Shown here: piece after piece, positions 44,703-54,622 of the stretch
Layout of the letters: every line of letters begins with the position of its first letter
How positions within the stretch are numbered: position 1 is the stretch's first letter
DNA from: Candidatus Moraniibacteriota bacterium
GTDB taxonomy: Bacteria; Patescibacteriota; Minisyncoccia; Moranbacterales; UBA1568
Direction: 5' to 3'
Length of the DNA stretch: 64,000 nucleotides
Assembly (NCBI GenBank): GCA_963778555.1
Contig: CAVZUR010000005.1
Span: 97,756-161,755 of the forward strand
Translations under genes and position numbers: made by a program
The notes under the pieces: model-generated
Seen by the model: the letters and a program-made list of their open reading frames with translations, nothing else
Told to the model about the DNA's origin: nothing
Databases searched by the model: none

Positions 44703-45302
44703 ATGCCTATGTCATCGATACAGAACAACTATCTCGTGCCGATGGTAATCGAGAAGACCGCCATGGGTGAGCGGGCCTATGATATCTATTCCCGGCTCCT
44801 AAAAGACCGGATTATCTTCATCGGTTCGCCGATCGACGATGGGGTAGCGAATACAGTCATCGCGCAACTGCTTTTTCTCCAGTCCCAAAGCACGAAGGAA
44901 GACATCAAAATCTATATCAACTCGCCGGGCGGGTCGGTAACGTCGGCGATGGCGATCTATGACACCATGCAGCACGTGAAGCCGGATGTCGAAACGATCT
45001 GCATCGGCCTAGCCGCTTCTGCCGCGTCTGTGCTGTTGGCAGCAGGCGCCAAGGGCAAGCGTTTTGCACTCCCAAATGCCGAAGTGATGATTCACCAGGT
45101 GCTGGGCGGCGTGGAGGGACAGGCGACCGATATCGATATCCATGCGCGGCATATCCTGAAAGTGCGCGATCGTCTGAATCGGATCCTCGTCAAGCATACC
45201 GGTCAGAAGCTGGCAAAAATTGAGCAGGATACTGACCGCGACTACTTTATGACCGCGGAGGAGGCCAGGACCTATGGCATTGTGGATAAGATACTCGCGT
45301 AG
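44703..45302 (+). CDS. clpP: ATP-dependent Clp protease proteolytic subunit
   Basis: [37 protein letters not shown] (catalytic Ser) and MIHQVLGG (catalytic His). Confidence 0.95.
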   Translation: MPMSSIQNNYLVPMVIEKTAMGERAYDIYSRLLKDRIIFIGSPIDDGVANTVIAQLLFLQSQSTKEDIKIYINSPGGSVTSAMAIYDTMQHVKPDVETICIGLAASAASVLLAAGAKGKRFALPNAEVMIHQVLGGVEGQATDIDIHARHILKVRDRLNRILVKHTGQKLAKIEQDTDRDYFMTAEEARTYGIVDKILA

Positions 45303-45331
45303 TCAGGCGAGAACCCATGGCATCACGAACG

Positions 45332-45358
45332 AAAAACTGCCCTCCGAGGGCAGTTTTT
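45332..45358. terminator. Bidirectional rho-independent terminator between clpP and the DoxX-like gene
   Basis: aaaaa-ctgccct-ccg-agggcag-ttttt. Confidence 0.7.
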
Positions 45359-45397
45359 CATAATGTTCAAGCGCTGGGGAAAGAGGTGCCGCTTCTG

Positions 45398-45817
45398 CTA
45401 GTCGAGGCTTTCCTCAAGCGAAGTTTCACGGCAGACCAAACGGGCCATTAAAAGAAGCCCGCCGATAATTGCTAGGTTCTTCAGAATGGCGGTGTATTGC
45501 GCCTGATCTTTCATCGCATCACCCGTAAAGGTGGTATGCGCGAGTATAGTCGCGACGACCGTGAACGCTATGAGCATGTCTACGGCCAGGGCTGTTTTCC
45601 AGTTGAAGAGGAGCATCAGCCCGCCGCCGAACTCGAAGAGAATTGCAAGGACCGTGAGCACAGGTGCTACTGATTCATTCGTGAGTGATCCGATATAACC
45701 AACGGTTGCATCGAACCCGGTGAGTTTGCTGAAACCGGCCATTACGAACACTAATGCCAGGAACACGCGGGCGGCAGTCGGGGTCCAGGGCGCGGTCGCA
45801 CAGGTCTTGGAGAACAT
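45398..45817 (-). CDS. DoxX-family membrane protein
   Basis: 139 aa, four hydrophobic helices. RVFLALVFVMAGFSKL is a DoxX-type N-terminal motif. Confidence 0.65.
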   Translation of the reverse strand: MFSKTCATAPWTPTAARVFLALVFVMAGFSKLTGFDATVGYIGSLTNESVAPVLTVLAILFEFGGGLMLLFNWKTALAVDMLIAFTVVATILAHTTFTGDAMKDQAQYTAILKNLAIIGGLLLMARLVCRETSLEESLD

Positions 45818-46061
45818 AGCCTATTCCTTAGGGATTATGCTTCTCATTATAGCGCTTTTCGCTGGATGCCAGTGTGCACGGCTGTCAACCCCGCGAGAAA
45901 GCTGTAGACTGGACAGCGGCGGAACGAAATGCGAAGATCCTCGGAAAAGAGCTATTCTCAAGGGGTCTAGCTATGAAAGTTGTCCTGAGCGGGGGTGTTC
46001 CGAGAACAAGGGACCGCCTCCGTTTATGAGCGGACGGAAACTTCGGCGAGCCCGATATGCC

Positions 46062-46136
46062 TGGTGCCCCGAGAGAGAATCGAACTCCCATCCAGACCTT
46101 AGAAGAGTCCTGCTTTATCCATTAAGCTATCGGGGC
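46062..46136 (-). tRNA. tRNA-Arg (anticodon TCT), CCA encoded
   Basis: Manual cloverleaf: acceptor gccccga/tcggggc, D stem gctt/aagc, anticodon stem ggact/ggtct with loop cTTCTAa, T arm gggag-ttcgatt-ctctc, discriminator A plus CCA. Confidence 0.9.
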
Positions 46137-46227
46137 GTATTCTTGTGGAAAAGAATCCTGAGAAAATTCTTGCTCCATCCATTGAGCCGGAGGGATATGA
46201 CACGAAAGAGTATCAAATATCCACAGG

Positions 46228-46299
46228 GGTGACTAGAGGGAATCGGACCCTCGTTCACGGTACCACAAACCGTTGTCTTACCATTAGACGATAGCCACC
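46228..46299 (-). tRNA. tRNA-His (anticodon GTG) with encoded G-1
   Basis: Acceptor gtggcta/tagtcac with an extra 5' G opposite discriminator C. D stem gtct/agac, anticodon stem acggt/accgt with loop ttGTGgt, T arm gaggg-tccgatt-ccctc. Confidence 0.85.
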
Positions 46300-46341
46300 A
46301 CTCTAGATACTTGATGGTCGTGAAACTTGGAAATTGGGAGG

Positions 46342-46414
46342 TGGGTGCGGGGGGAATCGAACCCTCGACCGTTGGCTTAAGAGGCCACTGCTCTACCAAC
46401 TGAGCTACGCACCC
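46342..46414 (-). tRNA. tRNA-Lys (anticodon CTT)
   Basis: Acceptor gggtgcg/cgcaccc, D arm gctc-agttggta-gagc, anticodon loop ctCTTaa, T arm gaggg-ttcgatt-ccccc. Confidence 0.85.
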
Positions 46415-46497
46415 AAATAAAAAACACTGTCAAACAGTGGCTCTAGCTTAGCGAAAAACCAAGCAAGCGTCAATGAAACCCCACCAGCTACAAAGGC

Positions 46498-47781
46498 CTA
46501 CGGATGGATCTTCCGATATTCCCGCCACTGCTTTTCAGACCAACCCTTCGGCTTTGAGGTGTAAATTGGGTCGTCTCCAGGATGCGGGAAGAGGCTGGGG
46601 GACTTGTAATTGCTCCAAAAGGTGTCGTTGATGAACGTCTTGCCAGAACTATTGGCGACGGAATGGGTAAACACGGTCCGCATGCTTCCATCCGGGTTAC
46701 TTTCGAGGATATGTGGTCCATCGATTGAGACGGTCCGCCCGTCCCTTGTCCCATACATGGAGAAGGTGAGGAGTGTCCCTGTGATTTCAGGTATGAGCAG
46801 GATGGCACCGGGCGTATTATTCACGAATTGGAGATCAGGCTTGGGGATATAGACGGTCGCATCCATGCCGTACGGTTTATAGTATTGGACTGGATAGGCG
46901 TGGTTGCGCCGCTCGGTAATTTTCAGACCTGACTGGAGTGCGGCGCGGAAGACGGTCGTTGAGACTTGGCAGATACCTCCGCCGAATTCTGGCTCAGTCT
47001 TGTTATTCTTGATGACAAGCTCGGGCAGGTAGCCGTGCTCGCCATCGACTTCGCCGAGATAGTCGACGAAAGAGAATGTCGCGCCCGGCTCAATGACGAC
47101 ACCATTGAAATCCTGAATCGCGCGCTGGATATTGTAGACTCGATTCTTCGGCGATCCTCGAAAATTCGTGGTGGCGGTCCCAATCAGCTCGGTAATCCCG
47201 AACTGGGAAAGCGTCTGGGACGAGAGGGCAGCTGGGACGGTGGTGCTCGAGAGTGCGACTGTCAGGCGGCCACCCGTTGTCTCCCTGAGAGCGCTTTCCA
47301 GAAGCACAGCACTTTTTTCGGTGTCGACTGTAAAACCATCCGTGGCCGGGGTCGCCACGATAATCTTCGCATCCTGAGCTGTCAATCGGGCGTTCACTGG
47401 GTCGCGGTCAGCCTTTTCAGCTAAAGCAATAATACTTTGCTTGAGCGCCGCGGGAACTAGTTCGAGCGTGCGCGAAAGAACGATATGGCTCTGCGTCGCG
47501 CGCGACAAGAAGCTGGTGCAGAACAATGGGAGTGGATCGCAAGCACGCTGCGTGTCCTCAAATTCAGGAAGTGCGTCTGGCAGGAAAACAAAACGTTTAT
47601 TTTCTCGATACCAGGAATCAATATCCTCTACGCTCATGATCTGAAGAAAGGACCCTGCTGAAAGCGTGACATCACTCGGTGGGACGAGAGCCTGGGTAGT
47701 ATTCGGCAACATGAAAACAACGGCGCCAAAAAAAGCCGCACATAAAGGGGCGAAACGCAATCGAACAAATCGGTACAGCAT
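46498..47781 (-). CDS. VanW-family protein
   Basis: 427 aa with an N-terminal TM. GATFSFVDYLGEV...GYLPELVI...GGGICQVSTTVFRAALQSGLKITERRNHAYPVQYY matches the VanW domain signature. Confidence 0.8.
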   Translation of the reverse strand: MLYRFVRLRFAPLCAAFFGAVVFMLPNTTQALVPPSDVTLSAGSFLQIMSVEDIDSWYRENKRFVFLPDALPEFEDTQRACDPLPLFCTSFLSRATQSHIVLSRTLELVPAALKQSIIALAEKADRDPVNARLTAQDAKIIVATPATDGFTVDTEKSAVLLESALRETTGGRLTVALSSTTVPAALSSQTLSQFGITELIGTATTNFRGSPKNRVYNIQRAIQDFNGVVIEPGATFSFVDYLGEVDGEHGYLPELVIKNNKTEPEFGGGICQVSTTVFRAALQSGLKITERRNHAYPVQYYKPYGMDATVYIPKPDLQFVNNTPGAILLIPEITGTLLTFSMYGTRDGRTVSIDGPHILESNPDGSMRTVFTHSVANSSGKTFINDTFWSNYKSPSLFPHPGDDPIYTSKPKGWSEKQWREYRKIHP

Positions 47782-47787
47782 GCGAAC

Positions 47788-48345
47788 TTAAAAACCTCTC
47801 ACCTGGATCTTTTTGGTTTTGGTGGTATCGGCTTTGGGGAGTCGGATAGTCAGAATGCCATTCTTCAGTGCGGCGTCGGCTTTTTCGGGAATAACATCGA
47901 CCGGAAGAAGAACGGAGCGGGAAAAAGAGCCCCAATAACATTCCTGGTAGTAGTAGTTTCCATTCTCGACAATCTCCTCGTTTTTTCGCTCACCCTTGAC
48001 GGTCACCATGTCATTGTTGATGGAAACGTCAAGATCTTCTGGTTTTACGCCAGCGATGGTAGATTTGATGACGATATCGTTTTCGGTCTGGTAGACATCA
48101 ATCGTGAGCTGTCCCTCAGCGTTATCGTCAGCCATGCTACCTTGCCCGCCAGACGCGTAAGAAGGGGTGCTCCATGTCGGTTCGCTTACGGTTTCTCGAG
48201 CATAGCTTGGCTCGGTATTCATCTGAAGGGGAGTCTCCTCCTCCTGGGCATAAACGCTCACGCTCTCCTCTTGATATGTGGGGGATTGATCGAGCTCTCG
48301 GGCGCCGGTTAGCCGCTCAAAGAAGGAACGTTTCTGTTTCATCAT
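47788..48345 (-). CDS. Hsp20/alpha-crystallin small heat-shock protein
   Basis: 185 aa. LTIDVYQTENDIVIKSTIAGVKPEDLDVSINNDMVTVKGERK...FSRSVLLPVDVIPEKADAALKNGILTIRLPK. Confidence 0.9.
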   Translation of the reverse strand: MMKQKRSFFERLTGARELDQSPTYQEESVSVYAQEEETPLQMNTEPSYARETVSEPTWSTPSYASGGQGSMADDNAEGQLTIDVYQTENDIVIKSTIAGVKPEDLDVSINNDMVTVKGERKNEEIVENGNYYYQECYWGSFSRSVLLPVDVIPEKADAALKNGILTIRLPKADTTKTKKIQVRGF

Positions 48346-48377
48346 AGTGCAGGTTAGTTGATGCTGATAGTACTCTC

Positions 48378-48407
48378 AGTATAGAGGAATTTCAGGGATT
48401 GAGGCAA
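48378..48407 (-). promoter_or_regulatory. Candidate promoter of the Hsp20 gene, overlapped by an imperfect 16-nt palindrome
   Basis: Minus strand reads TTGCCT, 18 nt spacer, TATACT. Just downstream and overlapping lies ctgaGagtactAtcag (48364-48379), a palindrome with 2 mismatches. Confidence 0.35.
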
Positions 48408-48415
48408 GCGCACAC

Positions 48416-48853
48416 TCAGAGCGAGACATTATAGAGCGTGTGCAGAAGTATCGCACCGAGAAGGGCGACCAATGGGCTGAAACGGAAGCTTTCACGGAGG
48501 CAAAAACCACTGTAGAGAATGAGGGTGCTCGCTATGTGGAGGACGGCTATGGTTCCAAGGGTCAGAATTCCTGGGAGAGCGGTTGCAGAAGCGAAAAGCA
48601 GCGCCATTTCAGCCGAAACAAAACCAGCCCCGAAAAAGAGGGCATGGGGAGTGGAGACCCCTTTCGGTGAGCGTTTTCTCAACTGGACAAAAAAGGAGAA
48701 TTTCGCACCTTCCTCAATTGCCGCGGCGCAAATAAGGACGACCAATGAAGGGGAATCAGTTAGCGAAACGTTGAAGATCAGGGAGATAAAAACCTGTGCG
48801 AGAAGCGCGGCTGACGCGGCGAGGAATCCAAAAATGATCGCGATGCCGGTCAT
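48416..48853 (-). CDS. Small polytopic membrane protein with PrsW/CPBP-type protease motifs
   Basis: 145 aa. AAIEEGAKF (EExxK), GFVSAEMA and LLHTLYN (HxxxN). Its start overlaps the valS stop. Confidence 0.5.
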   Translation of the reverse strand: MTGIAIIFGFLAASAALLAQVFISLIFNVSLTDSPSLVVLICAAAIEEGAKFSFFVQLRKRSPKGVSTPHALFFGAGFVSAEMALLFASATALPGILTLGTIAVLHIASTLILYSGFCLRESFRFSPLVALLGAILLHTLYNVSL

Positions 48854-51525
48854 CAGGAAGCAATTTCTTGGATGGATTGGACGATGACGCCCAGTTTCAT
48901 TTCTGCTCCGTCTAGCGTGTGCCGCTGAGCCTCGATGATGTTCGCCGGTGCCTTTTCAGTGAAACGAGCATCCGCGAGACGCGTTTTTAATCCGGTGATG
49001 TATTTCGTAAGTTCGACCATTTCTTTTTCGAGCCGTGCTTTCTCAGCCACGACATCGATTGTCTCGCCGAGATGGACGAAGGCGTGCAGCGTTCCAGCAG
49101 TGATGTTGGCACTGGCTGTTGGACGGGCTGAAGAGGCGTCCGTGATGAGAACTTCGGAAATCCGTCCGAGCCGTTCGATGATGGGCGAGAAAGATGAGAG
49201 CGCTGACTCATCGCCGACGAGCGTGAGTGACAGTGCCTCTTTCGGATCGATATGATAGATAGCGCGGATGTTACGGATTTTCTGAATCAACGCCATAACA
49301 TCCCTGAACGTATTGTTGTGCTTCCCAATTCGTTCATCGGGTTCATCTTTTTTCTCCCATGGCTTAGCCATGAGCAATCCATTTTCGTTCGGATAGAGCG
49401 AAGTGAAAATGGATTCAGTCACAAAAGGCATGAAAGGATGCCAAAGCTTGAGGAGTTCGTTGTAAATCGTGATGAGTACAGCGTCGTGCTTTTCAATCTT
49501 GTGGATTTCAATATACCAATCGGCAAACTCGTTCCAGGTAAAGTCACGCAATGTTTCGGCCGCAATAGAAAGGTTATAATTTTCAAGGTGCTGACTCACC
49601 GCTCGTTGTGTTTTTTGGAGCTGGCCAATTATCCAGCTATCAGCATCGGAAATGTCGTCTTGTTTTGGCCATTGGTCACGCCGGTCCCAAATGATAATAT
49701 CAGGCTGAATGGAAGTAGCAATATAGCGTCCCATGTTCCAGAGTTTGTTCACGAAATTGCGTGAAGCGGTGATTTTCTCGCGGCCGATTTTGACATCGTT
49801 GCCAGGGGTCGATCCGACGATGAGGGCGAGGCGGAGCGCATCGGCGCCGAACTCATCGGCGATGTCGAGCGGATCGATGGTGTTGCCGAGGGATTTCGAC
49901 ATCTTGCGACCCTGCTCGTCGCGGACGAGGCCGTGGAGGTAGACGGTTTTGAAAGGGATCTCGTCTAGGAGGAATCCTGACATGAGTATCATGCGTGCCA
50001 CCCAGGGGAAGAGGATATCATAGCCGGTCTCGAGGAGCGTCGTTGGATGGTAGGCCCTGAAATCAGGGGCAGTTTCGTCTGGCCAACCGAGGGTCGAGAA
50101 GGTCCACAGACCGGAGGAGAACCACGTGTCGAGTGAGTCGGGATCCTGCTGCCAACCTTCGCCGCTGGGCGCGTCGATCCCGCAGTAGGTTTCATTGCCA
50201 CGGTACCAGACAGGAATCTGGTGGCCGAACCAGATCTGGCGGCTGATGCACCAGTCGCGGAGATTGTCGATCCAATGGAAATAGGTCTTCTCAAATCGCT
50301 CAGGGAGGATAGTCACTCGCTTTGATTGTACGGCATCTTGCATGAGGGACTTGAGGGTTACCTTTTTCCCCCTGCGTTCAAATTCATGGGTGACGCTAAC
50401 GAACCACTGGCGCATGACTTGCGGTTCGACCGTGGCACCGGTGCGTTCGGCAGTCGCGATTTGGTGGGTATACGGCTCGTCGATCTTTATCACGAGACCC
50501 TTTCCTTTCAGCTTGGCTATGATCTTCTCCCGAGCTTCGACGATAGATAGTCCGGCGAATTCTCCAGCGACGGGCAGGAGTGCTCCGTGAAGATCGATAA
50601 TCGGCTCCATATCGAGACCGTGGCGTTCAGCCAGTTCGAAGTCGACGGCACTGTGCCAGGGTGTGATGGTCATGACACCAGTACCGAATTCCATATCGAT
50701 CGCCGCGTCTTTCACGATGGTTGCCTCGATCGAGCCATTGATCCATTCGACGGTGAGCTTTTGACCGTCCGTATACTCAGCATAGCGTGCGTCATCGGGA
50801 TGCATGACGACATACTTGTCACCAAATTTCGTTTCAGGGCGGGCGGTCGCGATCTCGAACGGACCGTATTTCAGGTAGTAGAGTTTGGCGGATTCTTCAC
50901 GATAGACGATCTCATCATCAGAAATGGTGGTCTGTCCGATTGGGTCCCAGTTCACAATACGGTTGCCACGGTAGATGATGCCAGCATCGTACATGCGCTT
51001 GAATGCCGTCCGGACAGCGAAACTTCGCTTGTCATCGAGGGTGTAGGCTTCGCGCGACCAGTCGACGGAGGAGCCCATCCGTTTCACTTGGTTTGCGATG
51101 GTATCATGGCTGTCTTGGGCGAATTGGGTGACACGCTTCAAGAATTCTTCTCGGCCGAGATCCGCCCGGCTTTTTCCTTCCGTTTCCTGGAGGATTTTCC
51201 GCATTTTGCTTTCGGTGGCGATGGCGGCGTGGTCAGTACCCGGGAGCCAGAGTGTGCGGTACCCAGACATGCGTTTGTAGCGGACAATTGTGTCCTCGAT
51301 CGCGAGCATCGCCGCATGGCCGATATGGAGCGTCCCAGTGACATTCGGTGGTGGAAGGACGATTGAAAATGGTTCGGCGTCAGGCTTCGTTAGGCCTTTG
51401 GCAATACTTGTGTCGGGATTCGAAAAATCAGCCTCGACCCAGCGGGCAAGAATATCGGATTCCCATTGTTTCGGGTCGTAGGCTTTGGGGAATTCAGTTG
51501 CGACTGGCTCATTAGACATATTCAA
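48853..51525 (-). CDS. valS: Valine--tRNA ligase
   Basis: 890 aa. PPPNVTGTLHIGHA (HIGH), KMSKSLGN (KMSKS), an editing-domain region and a C-terminal coiled coil. Confidence 0.95.
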   Translation of the reverse strand: MNMSNEPVATEFPKAYDPKQWESDILARWVEADFSNPDTSIAKGLTKPDAEPFSIVLPPPNVTGTLHIGHAAMLAIEDTIVRYKRMSGYRTLWLPGTDHAAIATESKMRKILQETEGKSRADLGREEFLKRVTQFAQDSHDTIANQVKRMGSSVDWSREAYTLDDKRSFAVRTAFKRMYDAGIIYRGNRIVNWDPIGQTTISDDEIVYREESAKLYYLKYGPFEIATARPETKFGDKYVVMHPDDARYAEYTDGQKLTVEWINGSIEATIVKDAAIDMEFGTGVMTITPWHSAVDFELAERHGLDMEPIIDLHGALLPVAGEFAGLSIVEAREKIIAKLKGKGLVIKIDEPYTHQIATAERTGATVEPQVMRQWFVSVTHEFERRGKKVTLKSLMQDAVQSKRVTILPERFEKTYFHWIDNLRDWCISRQIWFGHQIPVWYRGNETYCGIDAPSGEGWQQDPDSLDTWFSSGLWTFSTLGWPDETAPDFRAYHPTTLLETGYDILFPWVARMILMSGFLLDEIPFKTVYLHGLVRDEQGRKMSKSLGNTIDPLDIADEFGADALRLALIVGSTPGNDVKIGREKITASRNFVNKLWNMGRYIATSIQPDIIIWDRRDQWPKQDDISDADSWIIGQLQKTQRAVSQHLENYNLSIAAETLRDFTWNEFADWYIEIHKIEKHDAVLITIYNELLKLWHPFMPFVTESIFTSLYPNENGLLMAKPWEKKDEPDERIGKHNNTFRDVMALIQKIRNIRAIYHIDPKEALSLTLVGDESALSSFSPIIERLGRISEVLITDASSARPTASANITAGTLHAFVHLGETIDVVAEKARLEKEMVELTKYITGLKTRLADARFTEKAPANIIEAQRHTLDGAEMKLGVIVQSIQEIAS

Positions 51526-51564
51526 AAAATACCACAGAAAAGGCTTGGATTCAAGGAAAACAGG

Positions 51565-52308
51565 CTATTTCCGCCGCCCTTTGCACAATTTCTGGTAGTT
51601 CATGAGGGGAGCGAAGAGGTCTTCTTCGAGCGAGGGCTTGAAAAAAGCGAGTTCGTCCGCTGTCGGAGAATCGGGATTGAACGCAACGAATGGAATCTCC
51701 GTGATGGTGGCAAGGGGCGTCTGTTCTGCACCCTCGCCCATTGAGAGAACCGCGGCCGTGGCAAGCGCATCAACGATATTCGTATGGGTCGTAAACCGAT
51801 GTCCAAAAATATCCGGCGTGTCCTGATACGCTTTCATCCCAATAAAACCGCTCCAACCGATCGCGACTCCAGTGACACCGCGTCGGAGCGGGGCTGAGTG
51901 GCTATCGGAAATGATGACGCCGATATTTTTCAAACTGAAACGCTGCACCAGATATGACCGGACAACTTGCGCCGTCGAATAGCTGTCGGTTGGAAGGAGG
52001 GCATACACTCCGTCCGTGTTCGATCCGTCAATGCCAGCCCGGGCAATGAAGGCGTTGTCTCGGATGGCGAGCGGAACACCAAAGAGACTCTCTCGCTTCG
52101 GGAGGTAGTAATCGGCTTCAGCCGCTACAGCATCTTCTCTAAGCCCTGCTTCCTTCGAGATGAAGCGACCTTCGGACAGCGCGACAATCTTCGAAGTGAT
52201 AATGAGTATCGATCGTTCCACTATCGACGGGAGTGAGCGGTCGAGAAAAGCGAGGAGTGGTTCTTTGCCTGGCCGGACTCGGTCAGTTTTGATGGCATTG
52301 ACTAACAT
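51565..52308 (-). CDS. F420-0:gamma-glutamyl ligase (CofE)-like family protein
   Basis: 247 aa. ILIITSKIVALSEGRF, GIDGSN and IISDSH resemble the F420_ligase-fold family. The function in this organism is unclear. Confidence 0.5.
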   Translation of the reverse strand: MLVNAIKTDRVRPGKEPLLAFLDRSLPSIVERSILIITSKIVALSEGRFISKEAGLREDAVAAEADYYLPKRESLFGVPLAIRDNAFIARAGIDGSNTDGVYALLPTDSYSTAQVVRSYLVQRFSLKNIGVIISDSHSAPLRRGVTGVAIGWSGFIGMKAYQDTPDIFGHRFTTHTNIVDALATAAVLSMGEGAEQTPLATITEIPFVAFNPDSPTADELAFFKPSLEEDLFAPLMNYQKLCKGRRK

Positions 52309-53369
52309 GTGAGTGGGAAGTGGGCGGCTGGCTCAAGCGAGAGTGCGTTCGTCCTGAGATTGGCTCGTTCGGTTTCGCTCATCTGGGAGTATCGTAGCAT
52401 CCCAGCCGCGCCGATCATGGCGGCATTGTCGAGCGAGAATTGGAATGGCGGCATGAGGAATTGGCACTCCGAATAGCCAGCGACCATCGTCCCCATCCGT
52501 TCGCGGAGCCGGCTATTGGCCGAGACACCACCCGCGATGACGAGCGATTTGGGTTGATATTCCTGAAGTGCACGCTCTGTTTTTCCGACGAGCGTGTCGA
52601 CGACGGCTTCCTGGAATTCATGGGCAACCATTGCGATAAAGTTGGGATCAGCAAGCCTCTCAGCTGGTTCTTTCTTGAGTGAGTACAGGACGGATGTCTT
52701 GAGGCCAGAAAAAGAGAAATGGTAATTGTCGGCATTGAGCATGGGGCGGGGGAATCTTTTCGCCGATGCTCTTTCGGCTGAGGTTCGGTACACATCGGCG
52801 CGTTTTCCAATCTCCGGGCCGCCAGGATAGGGGAGGCTGAGCATTTTCGCAACTTTGTCAAAGGCCTCGCCGGCTGCGTCATCTTCCGTCTCGCCGAGGA
52901 GTTGGTACTGGAAGTGGTCCAGCATGAGGATGAGCTGAGTATGGCCGCCAGAAACGATCAGCGCGAGGAGTGGGAAGCGGAGTTCGGCACCGGGGGCAAG
53001 CAGATTCGCGTAGATGTGCCCTTCCAGATGGTTCACGCCGAGGAGCGGCTTCTGCCAGGCGAGAGCCAGCGTTTTGGCAGCTGACACGCCGACGAGGAGT
53101 GCTGGGATGAGGCCCGGTCCTTGGGTTACCGCCAGGCAATCGATATCATCTGGTATAAGTGATGCTTCTCGAAGCGCGGACTCGACGACGGGAAGGATAT
53201 TCTTCACATGCTCCCTCGCGGCCAAGTTGGGGATGACGCCACCCCACTTCGCATGGAGTTCAGCCTGGGATGAGACAATATTCGACAAGACGGAAAGAGA
53301 AACGCCATCGTAGCCAATGACGGCCGCGGCAGTTTCATCACAGGAAGTTTCGATGGCGAGGAGTTTCAT
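52302..53369 (-). CDS. tsaD: tRNA N6-adenosine threonylcarbamoyltransferase TsaD
   Basis: 355 aa from MKLLAIETSCDETAAAV (start at 53369). HLEGHIYAN, GGHTQL and VIAGGVSAN. The ORF-track start at 53552 is an upstream extension. Confidence 0.9.
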   Translation of the reverse strand: MKLLAIETSCDETAAAVIGYDGVSLSVLSNIVSSQAELHAKWGGVIPNLAAREHVKNILPVVESALREASLIPDDIDCLAVTQGPGLIPALLVGVSAAKTLALAWQKPLLGVNHLEGHIYANLLAPGAELRFPLLALIVSGGHTQLILMLDHFQYQLLGETEDDAAGEAFDKVAKMLSLPYPGGPEIGKRADVYRTSAERASAKRFPRPMLNADNYHFSFSGLKTSVLYSLKKEPAERLADPNFIAMVAHEFQEAVVDTLVGKTERALQEYQPKSLVIAGGVSANSRLRERMGTMVAGYSECQFLMPPFQFSLDNAAMIGAAGMLRYSQMSETERANLRTNALSLEPAAHFPLTC

Positions 53370-53431
53370 AGTGGGTCCCTTTGAGGGCCACCCTACTCTA
53401 GCTGTCAGCGCTTGGATAGACAAGCAGAGAA

Positions 53432-54019
53432 TCAGAGATTCGAAGCCGGAAGCAGGGTCGCAAGAGCGCCGATGCCAATGAGCATTAAAAGAAGTTTTAA
53501 GAGAATAGATAGCCGATGCGCATACATGTAGTGGAGTTCCTCTCGGATCCAATTGTCATTGCCTCTTTGGGCGACCAAATCCCGCATTTCCTCTGGTGAC
53601 CAAGACATAACGAGGTGATCGAAATCATAATGAATCGCACCTTCTTGGTTGGAAAAGAATTTGTACCAGCGTTCCGAGAATGGCCAGAAGAGCCGAATGC
53701 CATAGCCCATGCCTGAGAGATCGTGGACGAAGTGACTGAAGGCCCCGAGAGCGAAGAGCAGCATCCATTCCGGACCGAAAAGCGTGCCGATAAATAGCGC
53801 GACGGGGATGTAGGGGAGAGGATTGTGAAACAAGGTCCGATGGGCGCCGATAACTTTGCCGCCGACCGTCCCGCGTTGCATGTATTCGATCCAGAAATCG
53901 GTGTCGGGAAGTAAGGCAAAGAGGACTCCGGCGAGGAGCCACAGCGGCGTGAGAGGTTGTTCGAAGAAGAGCCCAATCAGGAGGGCCCAGAGGAGACCGA
54001 GTTTGATATCGAGAAACAT
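53432..54019 (-). CDS. Membrane-bound metal-dependent hydrolase (YdjM/DUF457-like)
   Basis: 195 aa, hydrophobic. LLPDTDFW and HRTLFHNPL are motifs typical of the family. Confidence 0.5.
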   Translation of the reverse strand: MFLDIKLGLLWALLIGLFFEQPLTPLWLLAGVLFALLPDTDFWIEYMQRGTVGGKVIGAHRTLFHNPLPYIPVALFIGTLFGPEWMLLFALGAFSHFVHDLSGMGYGIRLFWPFSERWYKFFSNQEGAIHYDFDHLVMSWSPEEMRDLVAQRGNDNWIREELHYMYAHRLSILLKLLLMLIGIGALATLLPASNL

Positions 54020-54078
54020 AGCGCGACCAGTGTAGCAGGGAAAAAGAAAACTCTCCAGTCAGGAGAGATTCCAGTTCT

Positions 54079-54095
54079 TGGTAGCCCCAAGGGGA
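54079..54095. repeat. 17-nt duplicate of the 3' end of tRNA-Glu (tggtagccccaagggga); att-like
   Basis: Identical to 54280-54296 (the tRNA 3' acceptor/T-stem including CCA), in the same orientation, 184 nt beyond the tRNA 3' end. Confidence 0.8.
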
Positions 54096-54279
54096 ATTTA
54101 TCGCCTCACTTTCTGCTGAAAGCTCGTTGTCCTGGGCAGCGCTGAATGCTGCGTTCGCTCGCATTCATCGACACTCGCCATGCCTTCACGGCAGGGCTCG
54201 CACCTGCCCGTTCGATTCCCCTTGGAGAGCAAAATAATAAAAACCCTCTCACTAAAAAGCGAAAGGATTTTTATTATGC

Positions 54280-54354
54280 TGGTAGCCCCAAGGGGAGTCG
54301 AACCCCTCTTACCAGGATGAAAACCTGGCGTCCTAACCGATAGACGATGGGGCC
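54280..54354 (-). tRNA. tRNA-Glu (anticodon TTC), CCA encoded
   Basis: Acceptor ggcccca/tggggct, D stem gtct/ggac, anticodon stem ccagg/cctgg with loop ttTTCat, T arm agggg-ttcgact-cccct, then A plus CCA. Confidence 0.9.
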
Positions 54355-54622
54355 TTGTAATGAGTGCTTAGGGGATAGGGGCGAGGTTTAGTCGAGACAG
54401 CCAAAACCTAAGTCCTAGTGCCTAAGTGAGAGACGAAAAAAGCCTTGAGCAGGCACCGCTACTGTATCATACGGGATGAATTTAGCAAACAAATTCAGCG
54501 TGAAATGAACCCATACAAAGAATAAAAGTGGCATAATTGACAGAATGGGAAAATTGTGCTATTCTGTGGAGGTGTCAATTTTTTTTGTTCCTGCCCACAA
54601 CTGAAACTTCGAAGGAGAAAAC

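Noticed and set aside
46137-46227. tRNA-like 5' half between tRNA-Arg(TCT) and tRNA-His on the minus strand: acceptor-like atccctc, D arm gctc-aatggatg-gagc, and an anticodon arm gaatt-ttCTCag-gattc that would read Glu(CTC).
   Set aside because: No T arm or matching 3' acceptor strand can be formed before the sequence runs into tRNA-Arg. It is probably a decayed tRNA remnant or a spacer hairpin (aagaat/attctt repeats). Worth a tRNAscan-SE/ARAGORN check, but not called as a gene.
45720-46399. ORFs 45720-46232 (+), 45885-46091 (-) and 46127-46399 (-) spanning the tRNA cluster.
   Set aside because: They overlap three well-folded tRNA genes and the DoxX upstream region. There is no coding signal.
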